DNA of 61,521 bases, from the IMG/VR virus record IMGVR_UViG_3300020045_002604, positions 1-61,521 of that record. One strand, written 5' to 3'. Positions 9,450-20,309 of the stretch are shown one piece after another (the first letter of the stretch is position 1; the number at the start of each line of letters is the position of its first letter). Source of the DNA: a virus (lineage: Duplodnaviria > Caudoviricetes). The notes under the pieces are model-generated. The model was not told the DNA's origin and ran no database searches. It was given only the letters and a program-made list of their open reading frames with translations. The position numbers and the translations under genes are program-made.

Positions 9450-12400
9450 ATGGCTAACGACGCCGAGCTAAAAGTAGGCATTACCGCCGAGGATAACGCT
9501 ACCGCTGACATGCGTAAGGTCGCTACAGAGGTAGCGAACCTTACCGATCAGATGAGCCTCCTTGCCAAGCAGGCCCAGCGCGCCGCCAAGTCTGGTAATG
9601 CGCTTGAGAAGTCTCTGGTGGGCGCTGGTAAGGGCACTAAGCAAGCGGCTACAGGGCTTAAGGCCCAGCTAGAGCAGATGCGTGCGGTGTCCCGCGAAGA
9701 GTTTACACTAGCAAAGCGCGGTACCAGCGGCAACGACATGGCTACACGTTACCATTTCGTGGCCCAGCGAGCCAAGGAGGCTCGTGACGCCGTAGCCGCG
9801 CTCAACCTCGTTCAGAAGCCCAGCGGTAAGCTTTACAATACTGAGGACAAGCGTTGGGCTAACAAGTCTGAGGTCGCGGCGTATGCGGATGCGCTAAAGC
9901 GTGTCGTAGGTATTGAAGAACAGCTAACGAAACTACGCGCGCGCTCTGGTGGTAGCATGACAGCGGCTACGCCTACAGGTACCACTGCTTACGCCAGTAA
10001 GGTTGCCCAGGCTAACAATGTTGTAGCTGAGTCGGCTGAAAAGACTAGCAAGTCCATGCAGGACTTGAACCAGCACTTGTTCACATCGCGCTTTGCGTAC
10101 TACGACATTGCGGCGGCTACTGGTGTTGCCGGAGCCGCACTCATCGCCATGAACGCGGCGGCGGTGCACGCGTCGGCTACGTATGAGTCGGCTATGGCGT
10201 CGATCCAGCGCACAACCGGCACTTCTAACGCCGCGCTCGAAACACTTAGGTCTGACTTTATTGGCCTAGCTCAGACCATTCCGGGGGGATTCGACAACCT
10301 CGCTAAAATCGGTGAGCTAGCCGGACAGCTTAACATTCCAGAAGACCGTATCGCGTCGTTCTCGGAGACAGTGGCGAAGTTCGTGTCGTCTACAGACGTT
10401 AGTGTACAGTCTGCGACCGAGGCATTCGGACGCCTTGATGCGCTTCTTCCTGGTGTCGCCGGTAACTACGAAGCGCTAGGATCATCTATCCTTAACGTCG
10501 GCGTAAACTCTGTGGCTACCGAGTCTGCTATTATCAGCACGGCGACGCAGATCGCGGCGGCGGGCCAGCAGGCTGGCATGACCGCTGACGAAATCATCGG
10601 CCTATCCGCGGCTTACGCGTCACTAGGTGTCGCCCCAGAAGCCGCGCGCGGTACGACTGTTCGTGTCTTCGGTGAGATTGGTAAGGCCGTTGCCGAGGGC
10701 GGTGAAAAACTAGACAAGTTCGCAAAGGTTGCCCAGGTATCCAGTTCTGCATTCGCTAGCGCGTTCCAGAATAGCGGTACGGAAGCACTCATGTTGCTCT
10801 TGAACGGGCTGGCGCAGAACTCCGAGAACGCTCAGCTAGCACTTGCGGACCTAGGCATCACAGGTGTCCGTGATATCAAGGCGTTGCTTGGTCTGTCGCA
10901 GAACATGGAGATTGTCAACCAGAGCTTTGGTTATGCCGCCGATGGATTTGAGAACGCGGATGCACTAGCAAAGGCATTCGGCATCACGTCCACAACGCTG
11001 AACTCGAAGCTTGAGATTATGGCCCAGAGCTTCCAGGCATTCCTGGCTGAAATGGGCGAAGGCAACCTTGTCCCCCTTAAGGCCTTCGTGGATGCGATCA
11101 ACGGTCTTCTCGTCGTGCTCACAGAGGCCGCGGGTAACCCTGTGGCTCAGTGGGTTGCCGCGTTTACCGCGCTAATCACCCTGGTAGCGGGCGGCGTACT
11201 TATCTTTACCGCCGTCGCCGCGCGCATGGCGGCGTTCCGCGCCTCCGTGCTGTTGACGAAAATCCAGCTCGACGCTATGTCTACCAGCACTACGGTGGCA
11301 AACCAGCGTTTGATTGCGCTACGCACAACCGCTCTAACAGCCGCGACTAATCTCGCCACCCTTAGGGGCGCGCTTACCGCTTTGGCGCGCTCTACGGTGG
11401 TAATCGGGGCTGTTATGGCCATTGCTGGCATCGGTATGTCTACGTGGGAAAGAAATTTCAAGTCCGCTACAGACATTGCTAAAGACGCGGGAGCAGACTT
11501 TGGGCTACTGCGCAAGGCACTAGAGGAAGACACAGCCGCCGCTGAGGACGGCGCACACGTGTACAAGACCTTGGAGGGCACCCTTACGACTGTCCAGAGC
11601 ACCACGGCTGGCTGGGTGACACAGGTAGAGCGAGCAACCGGTGCATCTGTGGCGGCAACTTCCGCTACAGAAGACCAGATCAGTAAGACAGACGAGCTTA
11701 CGCTGAGCCTTGGTAAGAACACAAAGGCGGCTTTGGCCGCCCAGCTTGCTAACAGCCAGAGCTTCCAGAGCTTCGTTAAGAACCTGGGTGAATACACTAA
11801 GTCGGGTCGCTATGGCTCAGGTCTACAGCTTAAGGGTATTGTTACTAAGCTTACTGAGGGTGATATCGAGGGCGCGCGCAAGCTGTACGAAGGGTGGAAG
11901 GTAGAGCAGAACGCGCTTCTAGCGTTTAGCACGGACCCAGCGGGTAGGATTAACTTCCAGAATACGGTTAACGATCTAGACGCGTCCTTCAAGGAAATGG
12001 AAGGATCGATTGCGGGAGCGACAGCGTTTACCGAAGCGCTAGGCGTTGTCTCTAGCGCAACCGGCATCAACATGGAGGCTCTGGGCGGTAGCCTAGATGA
12101 GTCCGCTAGTGATGCTGACAGCGCCGCCGACAAGTTCTCTACGCTACAGACGGCCATCGCCACCGCCTTCGCCCCCATGTCTGTGCTAGTTAATTGGACA
12201 GCCGCCGCTCAGCAGTTGTTCAGCGGCCTGACCGAGACAGGCGTGACGGGCTTTTACGCTATGGGAGAGGCTGGGGCGACCAACCTAAGTAACCTCACCA
12301 ACGCGATTGCAACTACTATTGCCGCAGGCGCGTCTATGGGCGTAGACACAACACAGTCTGTCGCCGCACTATTTCTAAGCCTTCAAAAAATGGGTATCGA

Positions 12401-13922
12401 TACGGCTCAACTGTTGGCCGCCGTTGCCAACGTACCCGGTGTGGATACTAACGCGCTAAACGGGTACCTCGCCGGTACGCTACAGATGAGCGACAGTGGG
12501 TCTTACCTTGCTAGTGTGATGGATCAGCTAGCAGGCTCGGCTGGGGCGGCATCTACCGGTGTAGGCGGCGTAGGTGACTCTGCTAAGGATGCCTCCGAAG
12601 CACTAGAAGAGGCTAGTGTCTCTGCGGCGCAGTTCGCTAGTACGCTTGGCCAGATTGCCGACCGAGCGAATGACATTCGCTACGGTGTGCAGTCGGCTAA
12701 GGATGCTGTATACACGATGCTTAATACAATGAAGCAGGAAGCTGCTGATGCGTATGATAACATCGAAAAGCTTAACCGAGAAATCGGTGAGCTACAGGGT
12801 GAGAACTCTAACCTAGACTACGCGCTACAGGTGGCCATTGATTACGGCGATGACATGCGCGCCGCTGAAATCCGTGCACAGCAGGCTAAGAATGCCACAG
12901 AGATTGCCGACAAGTCTGGACAAGCAACAGAAGAACAGGACAAGCTCAGCAAGTCTACAGAAGGCACCACACAGGCCGCTGTTGACAACAGGGCCGCCTT
13001 GCTCGAACTATCTGCCGGGTACCAGGATCAGATCGAAGCCTACGCAGCTACCGGGGCTAGCCAGGCCGAAGTCGAAGCCTACGCTAAAAAGTTGTACAAG
13101 CAGTACACTAGAGAAGCCGAGGCGCTAGGTTACAGTACTGATTCCGTTAAGAAGTACGGCCTAGGTATTCTAGACATGGCTAAGATTGCTCGCGGTGTTC
13201 CGAAGACCGCTGTGACAAACATCGCCATTAAGGGACTTGATCCTGCCAAGGCGGCGCTCAAGGAATTCGAGGCGCAGGCCCAGAAGTCCGCCAGAGCCGC
13301 GTCGGATTCCATCCGCTCTGGCGGTGGCGGTGGCTGGTCTGTGCCGCCTATCGACCTAGGCTTGAAACCACCCACGCCAGAAAAGGCCCGTGAGTGGGGC
13401 GATACGACCAAGCTTCGTATCGAACGCGGTATGCCACCTGTCGGTGTGCCCCTAAGTTCTGGCCAGGCCAGAGCGCAGGGTTGGGGCGCGGCCTTCGCAT
13501 CCGGGCTAAAGGAATACCTCGACAAGAAGCGTATCCGCACGGCGCCGGGAACAAAGGTTGAATTCAACACAGACGGTACTCTAAAAGAGGGTAGCGTCGG
13601 GCGGTTTAAGTTCTACAAAACTGGTGGTTTCACAGGCCCCGGTAGCAAGCACAACCTTGCTGGCATGGTTCACGGTAAGGAATACGTGATCAACGAAGAG
13701 AACACAAGTCGTCTAGGCATCCCATTCCTGGACGCCCTTAACTCTGGCAAGACGCCGGTAGCACCCGTGGCCAGCCGCGGGTTGCAGGTTGTCGAGTTGT
13801 CGTCGCGGGACCGCGCGCTTTTGGCGGCGACTGGAAATGTAACACTTACAATTGACGGTAAGGTTGTTGGTCAGGCTACAAACGCCGCCAACTTCGGAGC
13901 CGGTAAGAGAGGTAGCAACTAA
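9450..13922 (+). CDS. Tape measure protein
   Basis: 1490 aa, Ala-rich helical, hydrophobic segments, C-terminal GGFTG...GMVHGKEYV. Confidence 0.95.
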   Translation: MANDAELKVGITAEDNATADMRKVATEVANLTDQMSLLAKQAQRAAKSGNALEKSLVGAGKGTKQAATGLKAQLEQMRAVSREEFTLAKRGTSGNDMATRYHFVAQRAKEARDAVAALNLVQKPSGKLYNTEDKRWANKSEVAAYADALKRVVGIEEQLTKLRARSGGSMTAATPTGTTAYASKVAQANNVVAESAEKTSKSMQDLNQHLFTSRFAYYDIAAATGVAGAALIAMNAAAVHASATYESAMASIQRTTGTSNAALETLRSDFIGLAQTIPGGFDNLAKIGELAGQLNIPEDRIASFSETVAKFVSSTDVSVQSATEAFGRLDALLPGVAGNYEALGSSILNVGVNSVATESAIISTATQIAAAGQQAGMTADEIIGLSAAYASLGVAPEAARGTTVRVFGEIGKAVAEGGEKLDKFAKVAQVSSSAFASAFQNSGTEALMLLLNGLAQNSENAQLALADLGITGVRDIKALLGLSQNMEIVNQSFGYAADGFENADALAKAFGITSTTLNSKLEIMAQSFQAFLAEMGEGNLVPLKAFVDAINGLLVVLTEAAGNPVAQWVAAFTALITLVAGGVLIFTAVAARMAAFRASVLLTKIQLDAMSTSTTVANQRLIALRTTALTAATNLATLRGALTALARSTVVIGAVMAIAGIGMSTWERNFKSATDIAKDAGADFGLLRKALEEDTAAAEDGAHVYKTLEGTLTTVQSTTAGWVTQVERATGASVAATSATEDQISKTDELTLSLGKNTKAALAAQLANSQSFQSFVKNLGEYTKSGRYGSGLQLKGIVTKLTEGDIEGARKLYEGWKVEQNALLAFSTDPAGRINFQNTVNDLDASFKEMEGSIAGATAFTEALGVVSSATGINMEALGGSLDESASDADSAADKFSTLQTAIATAFAPMSVLVNWTAAAQQLFSGLTETGVTGFYAMGEAGATNLSNLTNAIATTIAAGASMGVDTTQSVAALFLSLQKMGIDTAQLLAAVANVPGVDTNALNGYLAGTLQMSDSGSYLASVMDQLAGSAGAASTGVGGVGDSAKDASEALEEASVSAAQFASTLGQIADRANDIRYGVQSAKDAVYTMLNTMKQEAADAYDNIEKLNREIGELQGENSNLDYALQVAIDYGDDMRAAEIRAQQAKNATEIADKSGQATEEQDKLSKSTEGTTQAAVDNRAALLELSAGYQDQIEAYAATGASQAEVEAYAKKLYKQYTREAEALGYSTDSVKKYGLGILDMAKIARGVPKTAVTNIAIKGLDPAKAALKEFEAQAQKSARAASDSIRSGGGGGWSVPPIDLGLKPPTPEKAREWGDTTKLRIERGMPPVGVPLSSGQARAQGWGAAFASGLKEYLDKKRIRTAPGTKVEFNTDGTLKEGSVGRFKFYKTGGFTGPGSKHNLAGMVHGKEYVINEENTSRLGIPFLDALNSGKTPVAPVASRGLQVVELSSRDRALLAATGNVTLTIDGKVVGQATNAANFGAGKRGSN

Positions 13923-14767
13923 TGCCCGGTACCGTATGGTTCGGCACGCGGGACTACATGCAGTGGGTGCCCGCGCCCGCCGTTGATGTGACAGCAGGTA
14001 AGGTCGGGTTTACCGGTTCTGCCAACTTCCTCAACGGCGGTGCGTGGGTACGCCGCTCCAAGGCGTCCTCAAAGCAGTTCTCGTTCTCATGGAACATGCG
14101 CAAGCGCGCAGACATTCAGCCGATCCTCGACTACGCGGATGGGCTATTTGGCGATGGTCCGATCTACTACGTGAATCCTTTTGCCGCAGACCGCAACATG
14201 CTACCCGCGTACTGGGCTAGCCCGTTCATGAACGCGTATGATGGACCCCTCCGTGTGGACGGCTCTCGCCCGACGATCACCACCGAAGCTGTGACAAACG
14301 GTTACCCGTTGGAGTCCGCGAACTGGGCTATCACCACCACCTCCACCGGGCCGTCTATCTTCCTGCCGGTACCGCCTGGCCACACCGTGCACATCGGTGC
14401 ACACGGGCAGGCTGTATCTGGCGCTTCTACAGTCACGGTGCAGGAGTTTGTGGGCAACGTTGGAGGCGCAGTTCAGGACTTGACGCTTCTTAACAAAGCA
14501 GCGTCTCCGACTAACTGGACCTCCGCCGGTACGACTACCGGGGTGGTCATTTCGCTTAAGGCTACAGTCAACGGTACTCTACGGCTACACGGCATTATTG
14601 TACAGATGCTCCCCACAGGCGCTGTGAGCCCCGTAGGCGGCTTCGTTTCTGGTCAGGGTCAGTCGGGTATGTCTTTCGTTTCTCAGCCCTCTGTAAGCGA
14701 GTACAGCGCCGCTCTGGACCGTGTGGGCGTGAGCGCCGACCTGGTAGAGACTGAGGCATGGTCATGA
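13922..14767 (+). CDS. Minor tail protein (distal tail-like)
   Basis: First gene after TMP, translationally coupled. Confidence 0.7.
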   Translation: MPGTVWFGTRDYMQWVPAPAVDVTAGKVGFTGSANFLNGGAWVRRSKASSKQFSFSWNMRKRADIQPILDYADGLFGDGPIYYVNPFAADRNMLPAYWASPFMNAYDGPLRVDGSRPTITTEAVTNGYPLESANWAITTTSTGPSIFLPVPPGHTVHIGAHGQAVSGASTVTVQEFVGNVGGAVQDLTLLNKAASPTNWTSAGTTTGVVISLKATVNGTLRLHGIIVQMLPTGAVSPVGGFVSGQGQSGMSFVSQPSVSEYSAALDRVGVSADLVETEAWS

Positions 14768-16245
14768 GCATCGAGGTAACGCTCGGCGGCAACGGAGTTA
14801 TGTCCGGTGTGTCAGCCGAAATCGCTGACTACTCTGTGAATGAAGAGGCGACCCCTGTGGACGCTAGTGATTCTAGTGGTGCTACCGGTCAGATCACGTT
14901 TACAGCCGTGGACGAATCAGCAAGACTCGGCTCACTGTTGCTACTGGCGAACACCGCCGACCTTGACGACACAGAGCGCGGGCAGGCTTTTGGTGATATC
15001 ACTTCCCTCACGTCTACGAATGGTCTTGTCACCGTCACTGCTGATAGCGTACTGGGTCGCCTCGTTAACAACGTTAACATGCCAGCCTTCGTGGGTACGT
15101 TTGAAGACCTAATTTTGGCCTACTTTGCGGCTGGCGGCATCACCGTGCCCGAGTATACGGTAGATGTTGACGCGACCCTGGTGAGCTTGCCTGTGGCGGC
15201 TCCCAACTGGATTGACTCTGACCTGTGGACGAAGATCAAAGAGGTCTGCGTAGTCTTTGGCGCTGAGGTTGCTATGGTTGGTTCTACCGTATTCGTAAGG
15301 CCGTTGCGCACTAACACTATTTCGCCCAGCGGAGACAGCAATGTGAGTTGGACAGCGGCGAAGGCTTCGACACAATCCCGTCGTGTGGAAGTCGCTTACT
15401 ACAACACCGAGAGTAAGAATAACTACACGGTCGTACCAGACGGTGGTGTGTGGACACAGGAAGAGCAAGTCCTCACAGTGGATGCAGGCGAGACACTGAC
15501 CGTGAACGTGCCCGTTAACATGTCTGTTACCGCCGTGGAGAACCCCATTGTTCTAGACTTTGTGGGTCGCAACTACGTGGGTGTCAGCGCCTACTGTGTG
15601 TCTGGCGCTGACGGCTTCCCCATCGTACCGGCCCAGTGGACGGACGGCGGCGGCAAGGTGTCGGTAGCTATCGGCGAAGACGGCAAAAGCCTCGACGTGA
15701 CGTTGACAGGCGCCGTGGGTAGCCTAGCCACTTATGCACCGTATCGCATTGCGGCCACCGCGCTTGATGGCAACTTCTACTCGTCACTACGACTGCGAGC
15801 CAGCGGCGTCTACCACCGCGCGGAATCGATCTTCGCCCTGACCGGAGCAGAGGACACAGTAACAACTGATGTCGGTGTTACTGTAAATAATATCTTTGTT
15901 AAAAATTCACAGGAGGCCTGGAAACTAGCCGCCGCTGTCGCCGGTCGTTTTTCCGGCCCACTCGTTACTGTTTCGCGTACCGTTTCAGCGGTGACCAACA
16001 CGTTCGGCAACATCGCGGGGGCACGGTTCAAGTGGCGTCGAGGATATTACCGCGTAAGGTCAGCGTCGTCTACCCCTGTTAGTGTAGACTATACCGCAGA
16101 GCGGGACACGACGTTTGCGGATTTTAATTCTGAAATGTCTGGCAAGACCTTCTCAAACTTCACGACTACGTATGCGGGTATGACATTCGGAGAGTTCTCC
16201 CTGGCCCCGCTACCTAACCCGGACAATGACAATGACAGATATTAG
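14764..16245 (+). CDS. Minor tail protein (hub-like)
   Basis: Synteny, beta-rich; ATGA overlap. Confidence 0.7.
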   Translation: MSIEVTLGGNGVMSGVSAEIADYSVNEEATPVDASDSSGATGQITFTAVDESARLGSLLLLANTADLDDTERGQAFGDITSLTSTNGLVTVTADSVLGRLVNNVNMPAFVGTFEDLILAYFAAGGITVPEYTVDVDATLVSLPVAAPNWIDSDLWTKIKEVCVVFGAEVAMVGSTVFVRPLRTNTISPSGDSNVSWTAAKASTQSRRVEVAYYNTESKNNYTVVPDGGVWTQEEQVLTVDAGETLTVNVPVNMSVTAVENPIVLDFVGRNYVGVSAYCVSGADGFPIVPAQWTDGGGKVSVAIGEDGKSLDVTLTGAVGSLATYAPYRIAATALDGNFYSSLRLRASGVYHRAESIFALTGAEDTVTTDVGVTVNNIFVKNSQEAWKLAAAVAGRFSGPLVTVSRTVSAVTNTFGNIAGARFKWRRGYYRVRSASSTPVSVDYTAERDTTFADFNSEMSGKTFSNFTTTYAGMTFGEFSLAPLPNPDNDNDRY

Positions 16246-18247
16246 TAAGATTGTAATCCCTGAGCCTACTGACCTGCCACCGGGTAGTAGGCCCGCTTGG
16301 CGCGTCCTGGTGTCGCTGGTAAACGAGCTACGCCGGGCCAACAACACGGTGTCACGTACGGTCAGTACGCTGGCAGGCGACCAGAACCGTGTCTTCACGG
16401 CTATCCAGAACCAGTCGTCGCAGATCGCCAACCAGGACGTTGCTGTTTCCGAGCTACAGACTAGCTACGTTCCTGCTGAGCCACCCCTCGTGCCGAGTGC
16501 TCCCACGCTAAGTAGTGGTGTCAGCACGGTGACAGTGACGTGGGATGGCATGGTCATGGAGGTACCCGGACAGGAGTATGACGAATCGGGCGCGCCCGTG
16601 GGGACACCAGGCAGTCCTGTGGCCATTCCAGCCGCAGAGAACGCGGGATTCCGCTACGTTTATGCAGAGCAGTCTCCTACGGGTATCGTAGGCGACCCTG
16701 GTGACGATGAGTTCGTAGGTGACTGGGAGCGCGTAGGGCAGGTACTTAACGAGGCCGGACGCATCATTGTTCGGGCCACGATGGGCGACACGCTGTACTA
16801 CCGCCTGGTGACGGTCAGCTACTCGGGCGCCGAGAGTGGTGGCAGTGATGTGGTATCCATCGTAGTAGTGGGTGTGGACGCGCCCGACATTGAGGCTGAC
16901 GCCGTGACGGCTAACAGTATTGCGGCTGGGTCTATTGACGGTATGATCATCACCGGGGCCGTTGTTCAGTCCGACGCCGCGCCTGATACCGGAGTTAAGC
17001 TAACCTCTGGCGGTTTTGTCGCCTACAACACTCTTGGTGATGAGACAGTCCGCATCGACAGCGCCACGGGTGAGGCCACGTTCACCGGCACGTTCACGAC
17101 CGGAAACGATAACGACGAGGTTGTGCTACTCGCGGCGTCTACGTACTGGCCAGGACTAGGGCCGTTGTATGTGGACGATGTGCGGATGGTGTTCAGCCGA
17201 CCCGGTGAGGTAAACGAGCAAATCGGCGGCGTCTTTCAGGCCACAAACCGCGACGAGGGCGCGGACACGACGAGCGTGGTCATGCAGGTCAAGCCTACAT
17301 TTACCACCTATGATGACCGCGTTCTTAGTCCCTCAGACTTGACAAATGTTCCACAGCCCAAGCTCGAATTGTCTATGCTAGACGATTACAACGTGGGCTT
17401 GGGTATCGGCGTGGTTACGACAGAGGCAAAACTTATTGCCAATGAGGTTACTGTCGGGAACCCAAACCTACCGTCCGCGGTGCCCACGCGTGTTGACGTG
17501 TACGCGAGCGACGTTGACATTCACGCCACCAACACCCGCGCCCTGGGGTCGCTCCTGTCTACCACCGTCAAGTCTACGAGCAACTGGAACACGGCAATCT
17601 CGAACGGGGATTACATCTCCGACTACAGCGCGACAGGTGCCCCGGTTCTGAGTCCGCCCCTTAGCGTATCGCTTTTTGGTAAGGTCACTACAAACGGTGT
17701 CAATCGGATGCGCCAGGAGTTGTGCATTGCGAGCCTGGCCTTTGACGGCAGAACCTGGGTGCGCACGAGTAGCACCAACGGCGCGAGTTGGGGCGCCTGG
17801 GCTGAATACAGGGTCGGCCAGGAGGAACCCTACTCCGTTCCGTGGAGCTACGCAGAGGTTGCGCCCGCCTGGTCCATTCCATCGAGCGTTAGTGTCGCGC
17901 CCATTTCCGCATCGACGGTTAGTGACGCGGGGATGGGGTTCGGCTCCAATCAGTACACCATTGGCGAGGCCGGATGGTACGACCTTGAGGCGAATATGCT
18001 CGTTACGCCCGGGTCCGCTGGCCTGGGTACCGGCATCATCCTGGGAGCTATCCAGGTGAACGGGTCAAGCCTGGGGCTTTCCACGTCCCGCGAATGGCCA
18101 CAGTCCAACAACCAGTTTACTATCCTGTCCCGGGCCAAGAAGTCTCTAGACGTGGGTGACACCGTGCGCGTCGTGATGGCCCGATCCTCGACGGTGACCG
18201 GTGCGGTCCTTGACAGCCTAAGTCTGTCGGTTCGGCGCATCAAGTAA
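16226..18247 (+). CDS. Minor tail/fibre protein (coiled coil, FN3-like, knob-like domains)
   Basis: N-terminal coiled coil; VTVTWDG...YYRLVTVSYSG FN3-like; RTWVRT...WGAWAE knob-like motif. Confidence 0.75.
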   Translation: MTMTDISKIVIPEPTDLPPGSRPAWRVLVSLVNELRRANNTVSRTVSTLAGDQNRVFTAIQNQSSQIANQDVAVSELQTSYVPAEPPLVPSAPTLSSGVSTVTVTWDGMVMEVPGQEYDESGAPVGTPGSPVAIPAAENAGFRYVYAEQSPTGIVGDPGDDEFVGDWERVGQVLNEAGRIIVRATMGDTLYYRLVTVSYSGAESGGSDVVSIVVVGVDAPDIEADAVTANSIAAGSIDGMIITGAVVQSDAAPDTGVKLTSGGFVAYNTLGDETVRIDSATGEATFTGTFTTGNDNDEVVLLAASTYWPGLGPLYVDDVRMVFSRPGEVNEQIGGVFQATNRDEGADTTSVVMQVKPTFTTYDDRVLSPSDLTNVPQPKLELSMLDDYNVGLGIGVVTTEAKLIANEVTVGNPNLPSAVPTRVDVYASDVDIHATNTRALGSLLSTTVKSTSNWNTAISNGDYISDYSATGAPVLSPPLSVSLFGKVTTNGVNRMRQELCIASLAFDGRTWVRTSSTNGASWGAWAEYRVGQEEPYSVPWSYAEVAPAWSIPSSVSVAPISASTVSDAGMGFGSNQYTIGEAGWYDLEANMLVTPGSAGLGTGIILGAIQVNGSSLGLSTSREWPQSNNQFTILSRAKKSLDVGDTVRVVMARSSTVTGAVLDSLSLSVRRIK

Positions 18248-18304
18248 TGCATTCGTTGTCTCATTATGTTAAACTGGATTAGAAGCTTTTAAGGAGTAAA
18301 TTTC

Positions 18305-18901
18305 ATGGCTATCTACAACCCATTCTCACGTAGTTACAAGGTTACGAACTCGTGGTCAGTCTATCACCGCGCCGTTGACTATAACACACCGGTAGGCTTT
18401 CGCTTCGGCGCGCCTTACAGCGGCACCTACTACCGGCTACCCAGCGAACTATCGCGCACAGACAGACTAGCCGCTGGCGTGTGGGGCGAGCTTGTACTAG
18501 CGGACGGTCGGCGTATCAGATTCTGCCATCTCAAAAAGCACATCGCCGCTAACGGAGCGCGAGTCGTCAAGGGCCAGATTCTGGGTGAGACAGGCAACAC
18601 CGGGTACGTTATTCCTCGTCCCACAGTTTGGCGTCCGTATAATGGCGCCCACGTCCACACGTACGGACTGACCCGCGCAGGCTCTCGCTGGAACTGGACG
18701 GCTGGAACTGAGAAGGTCGCTACCGGCACGGTGGCGCCCGCTAAGGGACTGAACCTGCGTACCAAGCCGAGCACTCGCGGCAAAGTACTGGTGACAATCC
18801 CAGCCGGGGTCAAGCTGGTTAGCCGTGCGGTGAGTGGCCAGTGGTGGAGCGTGTCCTACAAGGGTAAGATCGGGTGGGTCCACGCGGCCTACCTTAAGTA
18901 A
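18305..18901 (+). CDS. Endolysin: M23 peptidase + SH3b
   Basis: HRAVD (HxxxD), FCHL, GETGNTG, AHVH (HxH); LNLRTKPST...WWSVSYKGKIGWV. Confidence 0.9.
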   Translation: MAIYNPFSRSYKVTNSWSVYHRAVDYNTPVGFRFGAPYSGTYYRLPSELSRTDRLAAGVWGELVLADGRRIRFCHLKKHIAANGARVVKGQILGETGNTGYVIPRPTVWRPYNGAHVHTYGLTRAGSRWNWTAGTEKVATGTVAPAKGLNLRTKPSTRGKVLVTIPAGVKLVSRAVSGQWWSVSYKGKIGWVHAAYLK

Positions 18902-18909
18902 GGTTTATT

Positions 18910-19524
18910 ATGGCGGGTACAACAGCTAAGGGTATTGCCTACCCCACAACAGGCGACCTCATCGATAACCTGCACAGTGTGTTCACTACGCTGGCATCCA
19001 GCGTGGATACGGTGCTTAATGGCTATGTCACCACGGCTAGCATCGCCCTAGAAGCCGACGTAGTAGCTGGTACGTCCACCACTAAAGTAATCTCCCCTAA
19101 GGCGTTGGCAGACGCCAACGTTTACACAGGAGATACCGGGTGGACCGACATTGCCGCGTCCGTAACCGCTGGGTCAGGCTGGACGAAAGGCGGATCGTTT
19201 CTTTGCCGCGCCAGACGCGTCGGCAACATCGTACAGATTCGCATGACGGGATTGACCAAGGCCGCATCACCCACACTGAGTGTGAGTGTGACGGGCAACA
19301 TTGCGAACTCGCTACTGGTATCCGGCGTGCCAGCACAATTCCGACCGGCAGAAGACGTAGCATCGCTTGCTAGCGGCGGTGGGGGCCGCGCTAACGCGTA
19401 CTACCTTAACGCAAGCGGTAGCCTCTACCTAGCCGCTGTAACACCCGCCGCTAACCAGACGGGCACAGTCAACCTGCCTACCAACGAGGAAGTATCCTGC
19501 GGTGGCATGTTCTTCGGAGCTTAA
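18910..19524 (+). CDS. Minor tail/receptor-binding protein
   Basis: GIAYP N-terminus; DTGWTD, RRVGNIVQI, PAQFRP tip motifs. Confidence 0.7.
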   Translation: MAGTTAKGIAYPTTGDLIDNLHSVFTTLASSVDTVLNGYVTTASIALEADVVAGTSTTKVISPKALADANVYTGDTGWTDIAASVTAGSGWTKGGSFLCRARRVGNIVQIRMTGLTKAASPTLSVSVTGNIANSLLVSGVPAQFRPAEDVASLASGGGGRANAYYLNASGSLYLAAVTPAANQTGTVNLPTNEEVSCGGMFFGA

Positions 19525-19529
19525 GGAGG

Positions 19530-19844
19530 ATGAATGAAATCATGGACGAAACCGTAAGTAACACTGCACTTATCAGCCTGGGGCGTATCGAAGCAAGGTT
19601 GGACGCTATGGCGGAAAAAGAAAATAAGACGGGCGACCGCCTCGACAGGGTTGAGGCGGTGCTTGCTGATCAAAATGTTAAGTTCACTAGGCTTGAAGGT
19701 GTAGTTGGAGAGATTAAGAACAACCAGAAGCCCAAGACGCCGTGGTGGCTAGTCCTTGGAGGCGTAGCCGCAACCATCACAGCTCTGCTTGGTTTCTGGA
19801 CGCTGTTCAACGTCGCGGTCGATCTGTCGGTCGTCGGACAATAA
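19530..19844 (+). CDS. Membrane protein (lysis-associated)
   Basis: Coiled coil plus C-terminal TM helix. Confidence 0.65.
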   Translation: MNEIMDETVSNTALISLGRIEARLDAMAEKENKTGDRLDRVEAVLADQNVKFTRLEGVVGEIKNNQKPKTPWWLVLGGVAATITALLGFWTLFNVAVDLSVVGQ

Positions 19845-19857
19845 GTAGGAGAGAAGT

Positions 19858-20133
19858 ATGGAATACAATCTAGGAAGCGTCGTAACTAACGCGACAGCAC
19901 GTAAGATTCTCTACGGCCTGTACGTCATCGCTGGCCTCATCATCGGTGGCGCAAGCGTTGCGTACCCGCTCATCGGAGCAGGCGTAACGCCCGACTGGGT
20001 GACCGCTGGCCTCGCCGTGCTGGGCTACCTGGCTATCCCGTTTGGTGCTCTAGCGCTCGCTAACGTCGGCACGCCGGTCAGCGTGGGTTACGACAGCGAG
20101 GAAATCTTCGTAGCGGAGGAAGAGGTCATCTAA
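19858..20133 (+). CDS. Putative holin
   Basis: Two TM helices, ARKILY..Y, LALANV; end of lysis cassette. Confidence 0.7.
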   Translation: MEYNLGSVVTNATARKILYGLYVIAGLIIGGASVAYPLIGAGVTPDWVTAGLAVLGYLAIPFGALALANVGTPVSVGYDSEEIFVAEEEVI

Positions 20134-20188
20134 CTTTCCCAAGCGGGTTTAGGCCCCCAAGCGAAGGGTAGGTGTCCCTATCTACGAC

Positions 20189-20227
20189 GAAAGCCCCGGT
20201 TAACTACCATAGTTAACCGGGGCTTTC
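20189..20227. terminator. Bidirectional terminator between converging arms
   Basis: Perfect 18-bp stem GAAAGCCCCGGTTAACTA/TAGTTAACCGGGGCTTTC. Confidence 0.85.
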
Positions 20228-20231
20228 TAGT

Positions 20232-20305
20232 TGGCACAGTCTGTAGGAGTCGAACCCACGCTTCTCGGGTTGGAGCCGAGCGTGCTACCGTAACACTTAG
20301 ACCAT
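20232..20305 (-). tRNA. tRNA-Trp(CCA)
   Basis: CTCGG-CT CCA AC-CCGAG; T-loop TTCGACT; CCA end. Confidence 0.9.
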
Positions 20306-20309
20306 ATAG